A DNA stretch of 64,000 bases from a virus. Of this stretch, positions 1 through 8,640 are shown in pieces. The translations under genes and the position numbers were made by a program. The stretch spans positions 1 through 64,000 of the IMG/VR virus record IMGVR_UViG_3300020711_000298; one strand, 5' to 3'. The stretch's first letter is position 1; each line of letters opens with the position of its first letter. Under the pieces are notes generated by a model that did no database searches, was not told the origin of the DNA, and saw only the letters and a list, made by a program, of their open reading frames with translations.

Positions 1-112
1 GAAAAGTTTATATATAATAATGATAAAACTTATAAATTATATAACACTCAATCTAAATAATTTATAGACAGATTCATAGCCTGTCGATTTAATAATATTA
101 TGGAGCTGTGGT

Positions 113-138
113 AAAGAGAGCATTTTATGTTCTCTTTT
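113..138 (+). terminator. Probable intrinsic terminator hairpin
   Basis: AAAGAGAGCAT-TTT-ATGTTCTCTTT stem with one G-U pair, ending in Ts. Confidence 0.5.
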
Positions 139-151
139 AATATTTATGTAT

Positions 152-619
152 ATGGATACCAAATTTACATACATATATTTTCTTCATAACGGAAATAATA
201 TTCCTTTCTATATAGGAAAATCAATCAATAAAAATCTTCATAGATCATATCAACATAAAAAAACTTATGGAAAAAATACTATATTAGAAATAGTAGATAT
301 AGTTGAAACTAAAAATTGGAAATTTTGGGAATCGTATTGGATTGAACAATTTAAACAATGGGGATTTGATTTAAAAAATAAAAATAATGGTGGTGGAGGA
401 CCGTTGAAATATTCTGAACATTCTAAACAATTAAAAAGTAAATCAATGAAAAAAGTTTGGGATGAAGGTAAATTCAATAGAAATTGGAGTAAACCAATTC
501 TTTATATTCCTACAGGAAAAATATATCCTACTATAAAATCAGCTAAAATAGATTTATCTATATCGTGGCCTAAAATATATTCTTATTTAAAAACTCAAGA
601 AATATTTAAATATGTTTAA
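152..619 (+). CDS. GIY-YIG family homing endonuclease with C-terminal NUMOD/IENR1-like DNA-binding module
   Basis: YIYFL..PFYIGKS N-terminus and WESYWIEQFKQWGF.L.NKN.GGGG core shared with 2482 and, more loosely, 59633. Start moved from 146 to 152 because ATG 146 overlaps the ATATTTAT motif. Confidence 0.75.
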   Translation: MDTKFTYIYFLHNGNNIPFYIGKSINKNLHRSYQHKKTYGKNTILEIVDIVETKNWKFWESYWIEQFKQWGFDLKNKNNGGGGPLKYSEHSKQLKSKSMKKVWDEGKFNRNWSKPILYIPTGKIYPTIKSAKIDLSISWPKIYSYLKTQEIFKYV

Positions 620-626
620 TTCTCTA

Positions 627-658
627 TTTGGAAAATTAAAATAAATTTATTATTTTTA
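627..658 (+). promoter_or_regulatory. Bacteroidota-type host-RNAP (-33/-7) promoter
   Basis: TTTG-N20-TATTTTTA; same spacing at six other sites. Confidence 0.7.
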
Positions 659-663
659 TAGCA

Positions 664-1140
664 ATGAACATATTTTATATAAATCACGACCCGATAATAG
701 CAGCGCGTGAATTAGCCGATGATCATATTCGTAAAATGCAAATTGAATCAGCGCAAATGTGTAGTACAACTCATTGGGAGACTGGAACACAAGCACCTTA
801 TAAACGTGCTCATTGGAACCATCCATCAACTAAATGGACAAGACAATCAATACAGCATTATGATTGGTTAGTACAACATGGATTAGAAATATGTAATGAA
901 TTTATTAAACGTTATGGTAAACGTCATAAAACACAAGATGTATTAGAATGGTTACAAATTAATAAACCTAACATACCTGATAAAGGATTTACTCCTCCTC
1001 CGCAATGTATGCCTGACGAATATAAAAATTTGGATACTGTAAAAGCTTATCATACATTTTATATAGAGGATAAAATTAAAATTAAAAAATTAAATTGGAA
1101 TAAACTAAATAACCAACCAGAATGGATAAAAAAATCGTAA
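664..1140 (+). CDS. Pyrimidine dimer DNA glycosylase (DenV/Pyr_excise-like)
   Basis: MNIFY..DP..AA..L.D.H..KM..ESAQM, H.NHP...W and PPQCMPDEYK motifs. Confidence 0.8.
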   Translation: MNIFYINHDPIIAARELADDHIRKMQIESAQMCSTTHWETGTQAPYKRAHWNHPSTKWTRQSIQHYDWLVQHGLEICNEFIKRYGKRHKTQDVLEWLQINKPNIPDKGFTPPPQCMPDEYKNLDTVKAYHTFYIEDKIKIKKLNWNKLNNQPEWIKKS

Positions 1141-2435
1141 TCATTGGTGCCGGTGTAGCAGGTATAAACGCTGCTACTAAATTAGTAGATAATGGATATC
1201 CGGGTGAACTAATAACAATAATAGATGCTGGGAAAGATCCTTATCTTCGCCCTAAAGACGAAGTTATGAAAGGTTTCGCAGGAGCTGGACTTTTCTCTGA
1301 TGGTAAATGGAGTTATCTTCATAATGCTGTAGGAGGACAATTAGCTAAGTATATGGGTGAAGAAAAAGCAGACCAAACATTAGAAGAAGCATGGAAATAT
1401 ATTCTTCGTTTCCACCCAGACCCTTCAAAAATAATGTTTTCTAAACCTACAGAAGAACCAAATTTTATCAAACCATATTTTAATTTAAGAATGGCACCCG
1501 CCTACCATGTAGGTACAAATTATTTACATGATATGGGTAAAAAATGGTATGATTGGTTAGTTGAAAAAGGTATTAATTTTTGTTGGGATTGTGAAGTAAG
1601 AGATATTGATTTTGAAAATCAACTTGTTAGATTTTGTTTTTTAAAAACCACTATCCAAGCAGAAGTTAATATAGAATTTGATAAACTTATTTATGGTACT
1701 GGTAAATCAGGTATAGATTTAACTCAAAAACTTATTGATAAATATAGTCTTAAAAAAGAACCAAAATCAGTCCAACTTGGTGTCCGTATGGAATTACCTC
1801 AAAAATATATGCAGCCTATAGTTGATATAGCTTATGATTTTAAATTATATAAACGTCATAATGATAAAATATCTTCTCGTTCTTTTTGTAGTAATAATTT
1901 TGCAGCGTATGTAGCTGAAGAAGTAACATATAATATGAAGTCATATAATGGTCATTCTTATAAACAAGAAGACATGATCAATAACATGACTAATTTTGGT
2001 ATTATTATGGAAATAAAAGGAATAAATAATCCATTCCAGTTCCAAAAAGATATAGTGGCTAAATGTCAAATTGATGGAAAAGGAATTCATTATTCACCTA
2101 ATTTTACTCGAAAACCATCATTAACTGCAGAAGGTAAAGAAATGAATGTTTTTAGTGTAGGAAATTTAGATTTATTTAAAGAAATATATGGTGAATATGC
2201 TGAATACATTATTAGTTATATTGAGGATTTAAATAAAGTATTTAATTTTAATAATGATTATTCGCTTTATATACCTGAAGTAAAATTCCTTAGTGAAGAA
2301 GTATTAGTAAATTATGATAATTTATCATTAGTGGACTATCCTAATATACATTTTGTTGGGGATAGTTTATCTTCTAGAGGTATAGCTGTTAGTGCTGCCC
2401 AAGGAGTATACAGTGTACGTAATTTAGTAAAATAA
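1122..2435 (+). CDS. FAD-dependent oxidoreductase
   Basis: Rossmann IIGAGVAG, GFAGAGLFSDGK, C-terminal FVGD..SRGI..SAAQG. Confidence 0.85.
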   Translation: MDKKIVIIGAGVAGINAATKLVDNGYPGELITIIDAGKDPYLRPKDEVMKGFAGAGLFSDGKWSYLHNAVGGQLAKYMGEEKADQTLEEAWKYILRFHPDPSKIMFSKPTEEPNFIKPYFNLRMAPAYHVGTNYLHDMGKKWYDWLVEKGINFCWDCEVRDIDFENQLVRFCFLKTTIQAEVNIEFDKLIYGTGKSGIDLTQKLIDKYSLKKEPKSVQLGVRMELPQKYMQPIVDIAYDFKLYKRHNDKISSRSFCSNNFAAYVAEEVTYNMKSYNGHSYKQEDMINNMTNFGIIMEIKGINNPFQFQKDIVAKCQIDGKGIHYSPNFTRKPSLTAEGKEMNVFSVGNLDLFKEIYGEYAEYIISYIEDLNKVFNFNNDYSLYIPEVKFLSEEVLVNYDNLSLVDYPNIHFVGDSLSSRGIAVSAAQGVYSVRNLVK

Positions 2436-2481
2436 TTTTAATAGGAGTGTGGTCTGATGGGAAGTTAATATATTTATTATC

Positions 2482-3105
2482 ATGACATATATTTACATTC
2501 TTGAAAAAGATTACACTCCTTTTTATGTAGGTAAAACAAAACATCCTATTCGTCGAAAACATAAACACTACCAAACATATGGAAATAATATCGAAATGAT
2601 TATAGTAGATGAAGTTGAAGATTGGAAGTATTGGGAATCATATTGGATTGAACAATTTAAACAGTGGGGATTTAATTTATTAAATAAAAATAAAGGTGGA
2701 GGTGGTCCTGAAAAATATACTGAAGAGCAAAAACAAACAATGCGAAAACCACGCAAGGAAGGAACAGGAAATAAAATAAGTATCACTCTTAAAAAAAACA
2801 ACCATACAAAATATTATACTAAAGAAGTTAAAAAACGTATTAGCCAAAATAACAAAAATATACCACGTCCATTTTCAGCTAAACATAAACAAAACATGGG
2901 TATATCTAAACGTAAACAAGCTAAATTAGTGTTAATGTTTGATTTAGAAGATAATTTAATTAAAGAGTGGGAAAGTAAAGGACAAGCTGCCGAGTGGATT
3001 AAAAAACAAACAGGAAAAACAAGTAATATAACATCTCAAATAAAAGATTGTATATTGGGCCGTCAAAAAACAGCATATGGCTTTAAATGGAAATATAAAA
3101 ATTAA
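2482..3105 (+). CDS. GIY-YIG homing endonuclease with NUMOD3/NUMOD1-like tail
   Basis: YIYIL..PFYVGKT; C-terminal FDLEDNLIKEWES...KTAYGFKWKY. Confidence 0.8.
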   Translation: MTYIYILEKDYTPFYVGKTKHPIRRKHKHYQTYGNNIEMIIVDEVEDWKYWESYWIEQFKQWGFNLLNKNKGGGGPEKYTEEQKQTMRKPRKEGTGNKISITLKKNNHTKYYTKEVKKRISQNNKNIPRPFSAKHKQNMGISKRKQAKLVLMFDLEDNLIKEWESKGQAAEWIKKQTGKTSNITSQIKDCILGRQKTAYGFKWKYKN

Positions 3106-3113
3106 TTAAAAAT

Positions 3114-3362
3114 ATGTCAAAACAATCATTAGAAACAAAACGCCTTAAACAGGCCGACGGTACAATAGCGTTTTATTGGAATGGTAAATTGCATAATTGG
3201 GATGGCCCAGCTTTTATACCTCAAGGTAATAATAGAAAAGCAGAGTATTATCTTTTTGGAGTAAAACATTCTAAAACAGAATGGGAAGCTAAGAAAAAAG
3301 ATGTAAATGGTCAACCATTTTATAAAACAGCAGCTGGAAAAGCTTCAGGAAATAGAGTTTAA
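3114..3362 (+). CDS. Small hypothetical protein with GKLHxxDGPA (MORN/YwqK-like) motif
   Basis: WNGKLHNWDGPAFI...EYYLFG. Confidence 0.55.
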   Translation: MSKQSLETKRLKQADGTIAFYWNGKLHNWDGPAFIPQGNNRKAEYYLFGVKHSKTEWEAKKKDVNGQPFYKTAAGKASGNRV

Positions 3363-3387
3363 AACATATATTCACATTAATAAATTT

Positions 3388-3412
3388 AAGCTTGGCATTG
3401 CCAAGCTTTTTT
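3388..3412 (+). terminator. Intrinsic terminator overlapping the -33 element of the next promoter
   Basis: AAGCTTGGC-ATT-GCCAAGCTT followed by a T run. Confidence 0.7.
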
Positions 3413-3422
3413 ATTATTTTTA
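3391..3422 (+). promoter_or_regulatory. Bacteroidota-type -33/-7 promoter
   Basis: CTTG-N20-TATTTTTA. Confidence 0.65.
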
Positions 3423-3436
3423 CGCAAAATTAAGTT

Positions 3437-4633
3437 ATGATAAACACATATGATGATTTAAGCCGTATAGGTAAACAACTCATGATTAGAGAACCTTTTT
3501 ACGGTATTTTTTTATCTACTTTAAACAAAGTAATTAGAAAAGATATTCCTACAGCTGGGGTTTGTAAACAAAACATTAATTATCAACTAGCAATTAATGA
3601 GGAATTTTGGAATAATTTAACCGGAGATAAAAATAAAATAGGATTATTAAAACATGAATTACTTCATATATGTTTTCATCATCTAGCAGAACGAGACAAT
3701 TATTTAGATCATGAATTACATAATATAGCAGCTGATATTGAAATAAACCAATATATAGAACCAGAATATTACCCAACTGATGATATTTTATTACCTAGTA
3801 CATTTCCTGAATTAAATTTACCTTTAAAAGCAGGTACTAAAGTATATTATGAATTGTTACAACAAGCAAAACAACAAAATACTAGCCCAACATTAAATAA
3901 TATGTTGGAAAAATTTGAAATAAATGGGATAATAAATGGTGATGGACTTCATCCAACTTGGAAAGAATTTGATTCATTATCTGAAGCCGATAAAAAATTA
4001 ATTAAATCACAAATTGATCATCAAATTAAAACTATAATAGAAAATAATGGGAGTAAAAATAGAGGATTTATACCTTCTGAATTAAAATCTTATATTGATA
4101 ATTTATTTGAAATTAACCCACCATCTTATGATTGGAAATCATATTTTAGGAGATTTTTTAGTATGTCTTCTAAAATATATACTAAAAAAACAAGACGTAA
4201 ATTAAATAAACGTTTTGAAGAAAATCCCGCTTTAAAAATTAAACCTAAAAAATACACACTAGTAGGAGTTGACACTTCAGGATCTGTTTCAGACACAGAC
4301 ATAATAGAATTTTTTAGTGAAATATACCATATGCATAAAACAGGTATTAATATTGATGTAGCAGAATGTGATGCTGTAATTCATAAAGTTTGGGAATATA
4401 AAGGAAAACCACCAGAATTTGTTAAGGGTAGAGGTGGTACAGATATGAATCCTATCATAGAATATTTTAATAAACACAAACAATATAGTAATTTAATTAT
4501 ATTAACGGATGGTTATATAGGTGAAAGAACAGTTAATTCTTTTAAACCAACAATGATAGTACTTAGTCGTAATGGAGCTGATGTGGATGAAACTAAAAAA
4601 AGTTGGGGCTATACAATTAAAATACAAGATTAA
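3437..4633 (+). CDS. DUF2201-type metallopeptidase plus vWA domain protein
   Basis: HELLH (HExxH), NIAADIEINQ, MIDAS-like VDTSGS, GRGGTD, ILTDG. Confidence 0.85.
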   Translation: MINTYDDLSRIGKQLMIREPFYGIFLSTLNKVIRKDIPTAGVCKQNINYQLAINEEFWNNLTGDKNKIGLLKHELLHICFHHLAERDNYLDHELHNIAADIEINQYIEPEYYPTDDILLPSTFPELNLPLKAGTKVYYELLQQAKQQNTSPTLNNMLEKFEINGIINGDGLHPTWKEFDSLSEADKKLIKSQIDHQIKTIIENNGSKNRGFIPSELKSYIDNLFEINPPSYDWKSYFRRFFSMSSKIYTKKTRRKLNKRFEENPALKIKPKKYTLVGVDTSGSVSDTDIIEFFSEIYHMHKTGINIDVAECDAVIHKVWEYKGKPPEFVKGRGGTDMNPIIEYFNKHKQYSNLIILTDGYIGERTVNSFKPTMIVLSRNGADVDETKKSWGYTIKIQD

Positions 4634-4640
4634 CATTTTG

Positions 4641-4672
4641 TTTGGCTTTCATTAAAATCAATATTATCTTTA
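4641..4672 (+). promoter_or_regulatory. Bacteroidota-type -33/-7 promoter
   Basis: TTTG-N20-TATCTTTA. Confidence 0.7.
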
Positions 4673-4690
4673 AGAAACAAAATAAAAGTT

Positions 4691-5872
4691 ATGTCAAAAA
4701 CAAAACAAGTATCTTTAAACGTAAATGAAACTAAAACGTTTCTAAAACACATCATTAACAACAATCGTTACTTACAAAACCAAAACAAACCACCAGTATC
4801 TGTAGAGGTGGTGGGTGAATCAGGTATTGGTAAAACATCAACTATTGTTCAATTAGCCGAAGAATTAGATTTACATTTTGTTAAATTAAATCTCGCACAA
4901 ATTGAGGAATTAGGTGATTTAGTTGGTTTTCCAATTCGTCAATTTGAATTATGTTTAAAAGATGATGATTGTTTATGGATAGATGAACATGCGATTGAAG
5001 AATATACCAAAATGGGTTATAAATTTACCGGTAAAAATAGAATGAGCTATTGCCCACCTGAATGGATAAGCGGTAAAAGTTCTGGGGGTATATTATTATT
5101 AGATGATTGGAATCGCGCAGATATTAGATTTATACAAGCTGTTATGGAACTAATTGACCGCCAACAATATATTAGTTGGAAACTACCTAAAGATTGGCAT
5201 ATTATACTTACAAGTAACCCAGATAATGGTGAATATTTAGTAAATAGTATAGATAATGCCCAAAAAACACGATTTATATCAGTTGATTTAAAGTTTGATA
5301 TTAAATGTTGGGGAGAATGGGCTGAAAATAATCAAATAGATAATCGATGCATTAATTTTCTTTTAAAACACCCAGAATTAGTTACTAATAAAATTAATTC
5401 AAGAAGTATCACTACATTCTTTAATTCAATATCATCATTAGAATCATTTGATAATACTTTACCTTTAATACAAATGATTGGTGAAGGTAGTGTTGGTGGT
5501 GAATTTACAACATTATTCACAATGTTTATTAATAACAGGTTGGATAAAATTATATCTCCCGAAACAATACTAACACATGAAAGTGAAGAATATATTATTA
5601 ATACATTAAAAGGCATTATTGGTAAAGATAAAAGTTATAGAGCCGATTTAGCGTCGATTATATCAACTCGTATTATTAATTATAGTTTATTTTATAGCAA
5701 GGAAAATAAAATTGAAAAATCATTTATTGACCGATTAGCTTTTTTAATGAATGAAGAATTATTTGCAGTTGACCTAAAGTACAATATTGTAAAATCAATT
5801 TATAATGGTAATCCAAACCAATTCAAAACATTAACATTAAACAAAACACTTATTAAATTTTTAAGTAAATAA
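4691..5872 (+). CDS. MoxR-like AAA+ ATPase, partner of the vWA protein
   Basis: Walker A GESGIGKT, Walker B LLLDDWNRA, TSNP, D.AQKTRF. Confidence 0.85.
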   Translation: MSKTKQVSLNVNETKTFLKHIINNNRYLQNQNKPPVSVEVVGESGIGKTSTIVQLAEELDLHFVKLNLAQIEELGDLVGFPIRQFELCLKDDDCLWIDEHAIEEYTKMGYKFTGKNRMSYCPPEWISGKSSGGILLLDDWNRADIRFIQAVMELIDRQQYISWKLPKDWHIILTSNPDNGEYLVNSIDNAQKTRFISVDLKFDIKCWGEWAENNQIDNRCINFLLKHPELVTNKINSRSITTFFNSISSLESFDNTLPLIQMIGEGSVGGEFTTLFTMFINNRLDKIISPETILTHESEEYIINTLKGIIGKDKSYRADLASIISTRIINYSLFYSKENKIEKSFIDRLAFLMNEELFAVDLKYNIVKSIYNGNPNQFKTLTLNKTLIKFLSK

Positions 5873-5876
5873 AATT

Positions 5877-6914
5877 ATGGATAATAAAATATATTGTGGT
5901 TTATCTTTTAATAACCATAGCAAACCATCTTTATCAGTCAATTATTGGAATGGCCCTGTTAATATAGTACCTTCTGATTATGAAACTCAATATTTAGAAT
6001 TATATGAAAAATTTAAAAATAATAAACTTAAAAATAATACATCTGTTTATTTAACAAAAATGGCTAATTTACCTTCATATAAATTAAAAAATTATATTGA
6101 AGAAAATAAATTAAATGTAAATTTAACTCGCGTATATTCTAAATTAAATGCAATAATAATTGATGATAATTTTATTAAAGAATCTTATTTTAATGGAAAA
6201 CAACATAACTATTATCTGATAAATGTAGATTATATAAAATCAAAATTCAAAAAATATATAATTTCTAATAATTTTCAAGAACATACACATAATAAAAAAA
6301 TCGATGCTTTTTTAGTTAGAGAAGAACAAATTAAAGAATGGGCTAAAACCGATCCTAATTTTTTAAAATTATTAGATTTTCCATATATGCATGGAAGAGA
6401 ATTAATACATGGTCATGGATATAAAAAAGTTCAAGATAATTATGAAGCGTTTTGTAAATTAAAAGAAACAATTGAAAAATACAATCTTGAAATTATATTT
6501 GATCACAACATAAATGAAGAAATAAATAAAGATTTAGTTGTAGATACAGATATGTTTCAAAATATACTTAATATGTTAACTAGTACAGATAAAGGAAATA
6601 TTGAAATAGCTAAAGAAATAATAGCTAATTGTAGCTTAGAAGAATCTAAACCATATCTAATATATCTACTCAATCTATTCCCAATATTACGAACAGTAAA
6701 TAATAATAAAAATTATGATTTTATTCGTAAAAAATTAATTAAAGAAATAGTAGCACCTTGGGTAGGTAGATATCCATTACCATCAACAGATTCATTTATA
6801 CCAAAATTAATAAATAAAAATCCAAAATTTACACCACAATATATGGATTGTTTTAGAATTCATTTAAACTATTTAATTAAAAAGGACATAATTAAAGAAA
6901 TAGTAATTATATAA
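5877..6914 (+). CDS. Hypothetical protein, third gene of the vWA/AAA module
   Basis: 345 aa ORF closely coupled to the AAA gene; no secure motif. Confidence 0.6.
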   Translation: MDNKIYCGLSFNNHSKPSLSVNYWNGPVNIVPSDYETQYLELYEKFKNNKLKNNTSVYLTKMANLPSYKLKNYIEENKLNVNLTRVYSKLNAIIIDDNFIKESYFNGKQHNYYLINVDYIKSKFKKYIISNNFQEHTHNKKIDAFLVREEQIKEWAKTDPNFLKLLDFPYMHGRELIHGHGYKKVQDNYEAFCKLKETIEKYNLEIIFDHNINEEINKDLVVDTDMFQNILNMLTSTDKGNIEIAKEIIANCSLEESKPYLIYLLNLFPILRTVNNNKNYDFIRKKLIKEIVAPWVGRYPLPSTDSFIPKLINKNPKFTPQYMDCFRIHLNYLIKKDIIKEIVII

Positions 6915-6935
6915 TATTTATAATAAACTATATTA

Positions 6936-7418
6936 ATGTCCAAAATAGTATTACTTAGTTGCACTAAATCTAAACTAGACCACAAAGCCCCAGCCCAAGA
7001 GTTATATGCCGCATCTCCAATGTTTCAAAAAACATTAGAGTACGGCAAATCTCTTAAACCCGATAAAATGTTTATATTATCTGCTAAACATCATTTAGTA
7101 CCAATGACTAAAGAATTAGAACCATATGATAAAACATTAAAAGAAATGCCAGCTGATGAAAAAGAAAAGTGGGGTGAAGAAGTAATCAACCAAATGAAAT
7201 CACATCATATTAATTTAAACAAAGATGAATTTGTTTTTTTAACAGGATCTGAATATATGAAACCATTAGTTAATTATATTCCTAAAGAAAATATTGAAAA
7301 CCCAATGGGTGGTAAACGAATGGGTGAAAGACTTAAATGGTTAAATAGTCAAATAAATAAACTTACTGAAATATTTAAATATATTAAAACATTAATAAAT
7401 GAATATATCTCAAAATAA
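6936..7418 (+). CDS. DUF6884-like protein
   Basis: IVLLSCTKSK...PAQELY.SP.F, ILSAKH.LV, PYDKTL motifs. Confidence 0.65.
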   Translation: MSKIVLLSCTKSKLDHKAPAQELYAASPMFQKTLEYGKSLKPDKMFILSAKHHLVPMTKELEPYDKTLKEMPADEKEKWGEEVINQMKSHHINLNKDEFVFLTGSEYMKPLVNYIPKENIENPMGGKRMGERLKWLNSQINKLTEIFKYIKTLINEYISK

Positions 7419-7641
7419 ACTAAACGAATATATAACATTATATCTTAATGATATCGATGATTACGGTGATAAATCAGAATTAACTTTAGCTGAAAATATA
7501 TTATCACCTATTAAAAATCTTTTACTAGAATCCACACAAGATATTAATTCAATATTAAAAGAAATAATATCTAAAACAACACCTGAAAATCAAGAAATAA
7601 TAGAAGATTTTTTAATTTATGTTGAAAGTTTGGCTTCTTAA
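7399..7641 (+). CDS. Hypothetical protein
   Basis: 80 aa acidic ORF overlapping the upstream gene end. Confidence 0.5.
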   Translation: MNISQNKLNEYITLYLNDIDDYGDKSELTLAENILSPIKNLLLESTQDINSILKEIISKTTPENQEIIEDFLIYVESLAS

Positions 7642-7660
7642 AAACCATAACATACATTTA
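7629..7660 (+). promoter_or_regulatory. Bacteroidota-type -33/-7 promoter
   Basis: TTTG-N20-TACATTTA. Confidence 0.65.
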
Positions 7661-7664
7661 TATT

Positions 7665-8189
7665 ATGAGAATTGGATTATGCGGTACAATAAGTGTAGGT
7701 AAAACTACTTTAGTAAATGAACTAATTAAATTAGAACAATTTAAAGATTATGAATTTGCTACTGAACGTAGTAAATATCTGCGTGATCAAGGTATCGCTT
7801 TAAACACTGACTCTACATTAAAAGGTCAAATTATATTTGCTGCTGAGCGTTCATTAGAATTAATGAAACCCAATATTATAACTGACAGAACAATATATGA
7901 TGTATGTGCTTTTACTTTAAGTGCTAAATCAATTAGTTGGGATGAAAAAATACATTTTACTAATACAATAATGTATTTAGCTAAAGAATATGATTATATT
8001 ATTTATGTTTCTCCTGAAGGTGTAGAAATAGAAGATAATGGTGTTCGTGAAACAAATAGTGAATATCGTGATAAAATAGATTACACTATTAAAGAAATGC
8101 TTAAAAGATGGCCACCTACTAAATTAATTGAAATTAAGGGTACAGTTGAACAACGAATTGAAACTATTAAGGAAACATTATTTCCATAA
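7665..8189 (+). CDS. P-loop nucleotide kinase (AAA_28/NadR-like or dNMP kinase)
   Basis: GTISVGKTT, ITDRT..D, EDNGVR. Confidence 0.75.
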   Translation: MRIGLCGTISVGKTTLVNELIKLEQFKDYEFATERSKYLRDQGIALNTDSTLKGQIIFAAERSLELMKPNIITDRTIYDVCAFTLSAKSISWDEKIHFTNTIMYLAKEYDYIIYVSPEGVEIEDNGVRETNSEYRDKIDYTIKEMLKRWPPTKLIEIKGTVEQRIETIKETLFP

Positions 8190-8207
8190 TATTTATACAC
8201 AAAACAC

Positions 8208-8567
8208 ATGAAAAAATCCGAATTAAAAAATTACATTAAGGAAACAATAGTGACTGAATTAAATGGATCTATTAATCTACCTAAAGCCACTACTAACACT
8301 TCAGATATTAAAAAATATACTAGTCAAGGTATAGATGTTAATTTAAAAGAAGAAGATATAGATGAAATTACTATTAATAAACCTTCTAAACATTATATAA
8401 TAATACCTAATGGAAATGATTTTTATTCTCAGACATCTATATCCGCACCATCTATTCAAGCTGCAAGAAAATCATTAGAAGAAGATGAAATAACATTTAC
8501 TGATGAAAAATGGCGTAAATTAATAATAATAGAAGGAAAATATATTCAAAACAACCCGATGCATTAA
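8208..8567 (+). CDS. Hypothetical protein, possible internal head protein
   Basis: Behind ATATTTAT motif; MKKSELK..IKE start; IDE-ITINKP motif resembles FNE-ITVNNP in 14192. Confidence 0.55.
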   Translation: MKKSELKNYIKETIVTELNGSINLPKATTNTSDIKKYTSQGIDVNLKEEDIDEITINKPSKHYIIIPNGNDFYSQTSISAPSIQAARKSLEEDEITFTDEKWRKLIIIEGKYIQNNPMH

Positions 8568-8589
8568 TATTACAATAATTTTAAAATAT

Positions 8590-8627
8590 AGTTTATAACA
8601 CTTGGTATATTCCTTGTGTTATAAACT
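8590..8627. repeat. Perfect 12-bp inverted repeat upstream of terminase
   Basis: AGTTTATAACAC (8590-8601) / GTGTTATAAACT (8616-8627). Confidence 0.8.
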
Positions 8628-8640
8628 TTCTCCCACTGTT

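Noticed and set aside
58-114. Stop-codon readthrough stimulated by the putative pseudoknot
   Set aside because: The readthrough frame closes at TAA 112-114 after 17 codons, and the -1 frame stops immediately.
2440-2470. Hammerhead-like CTGATGG near the second endonuclease
   Set aside because: Core should be CUGAnGA with a GAAA partner and three stems; these are absent.
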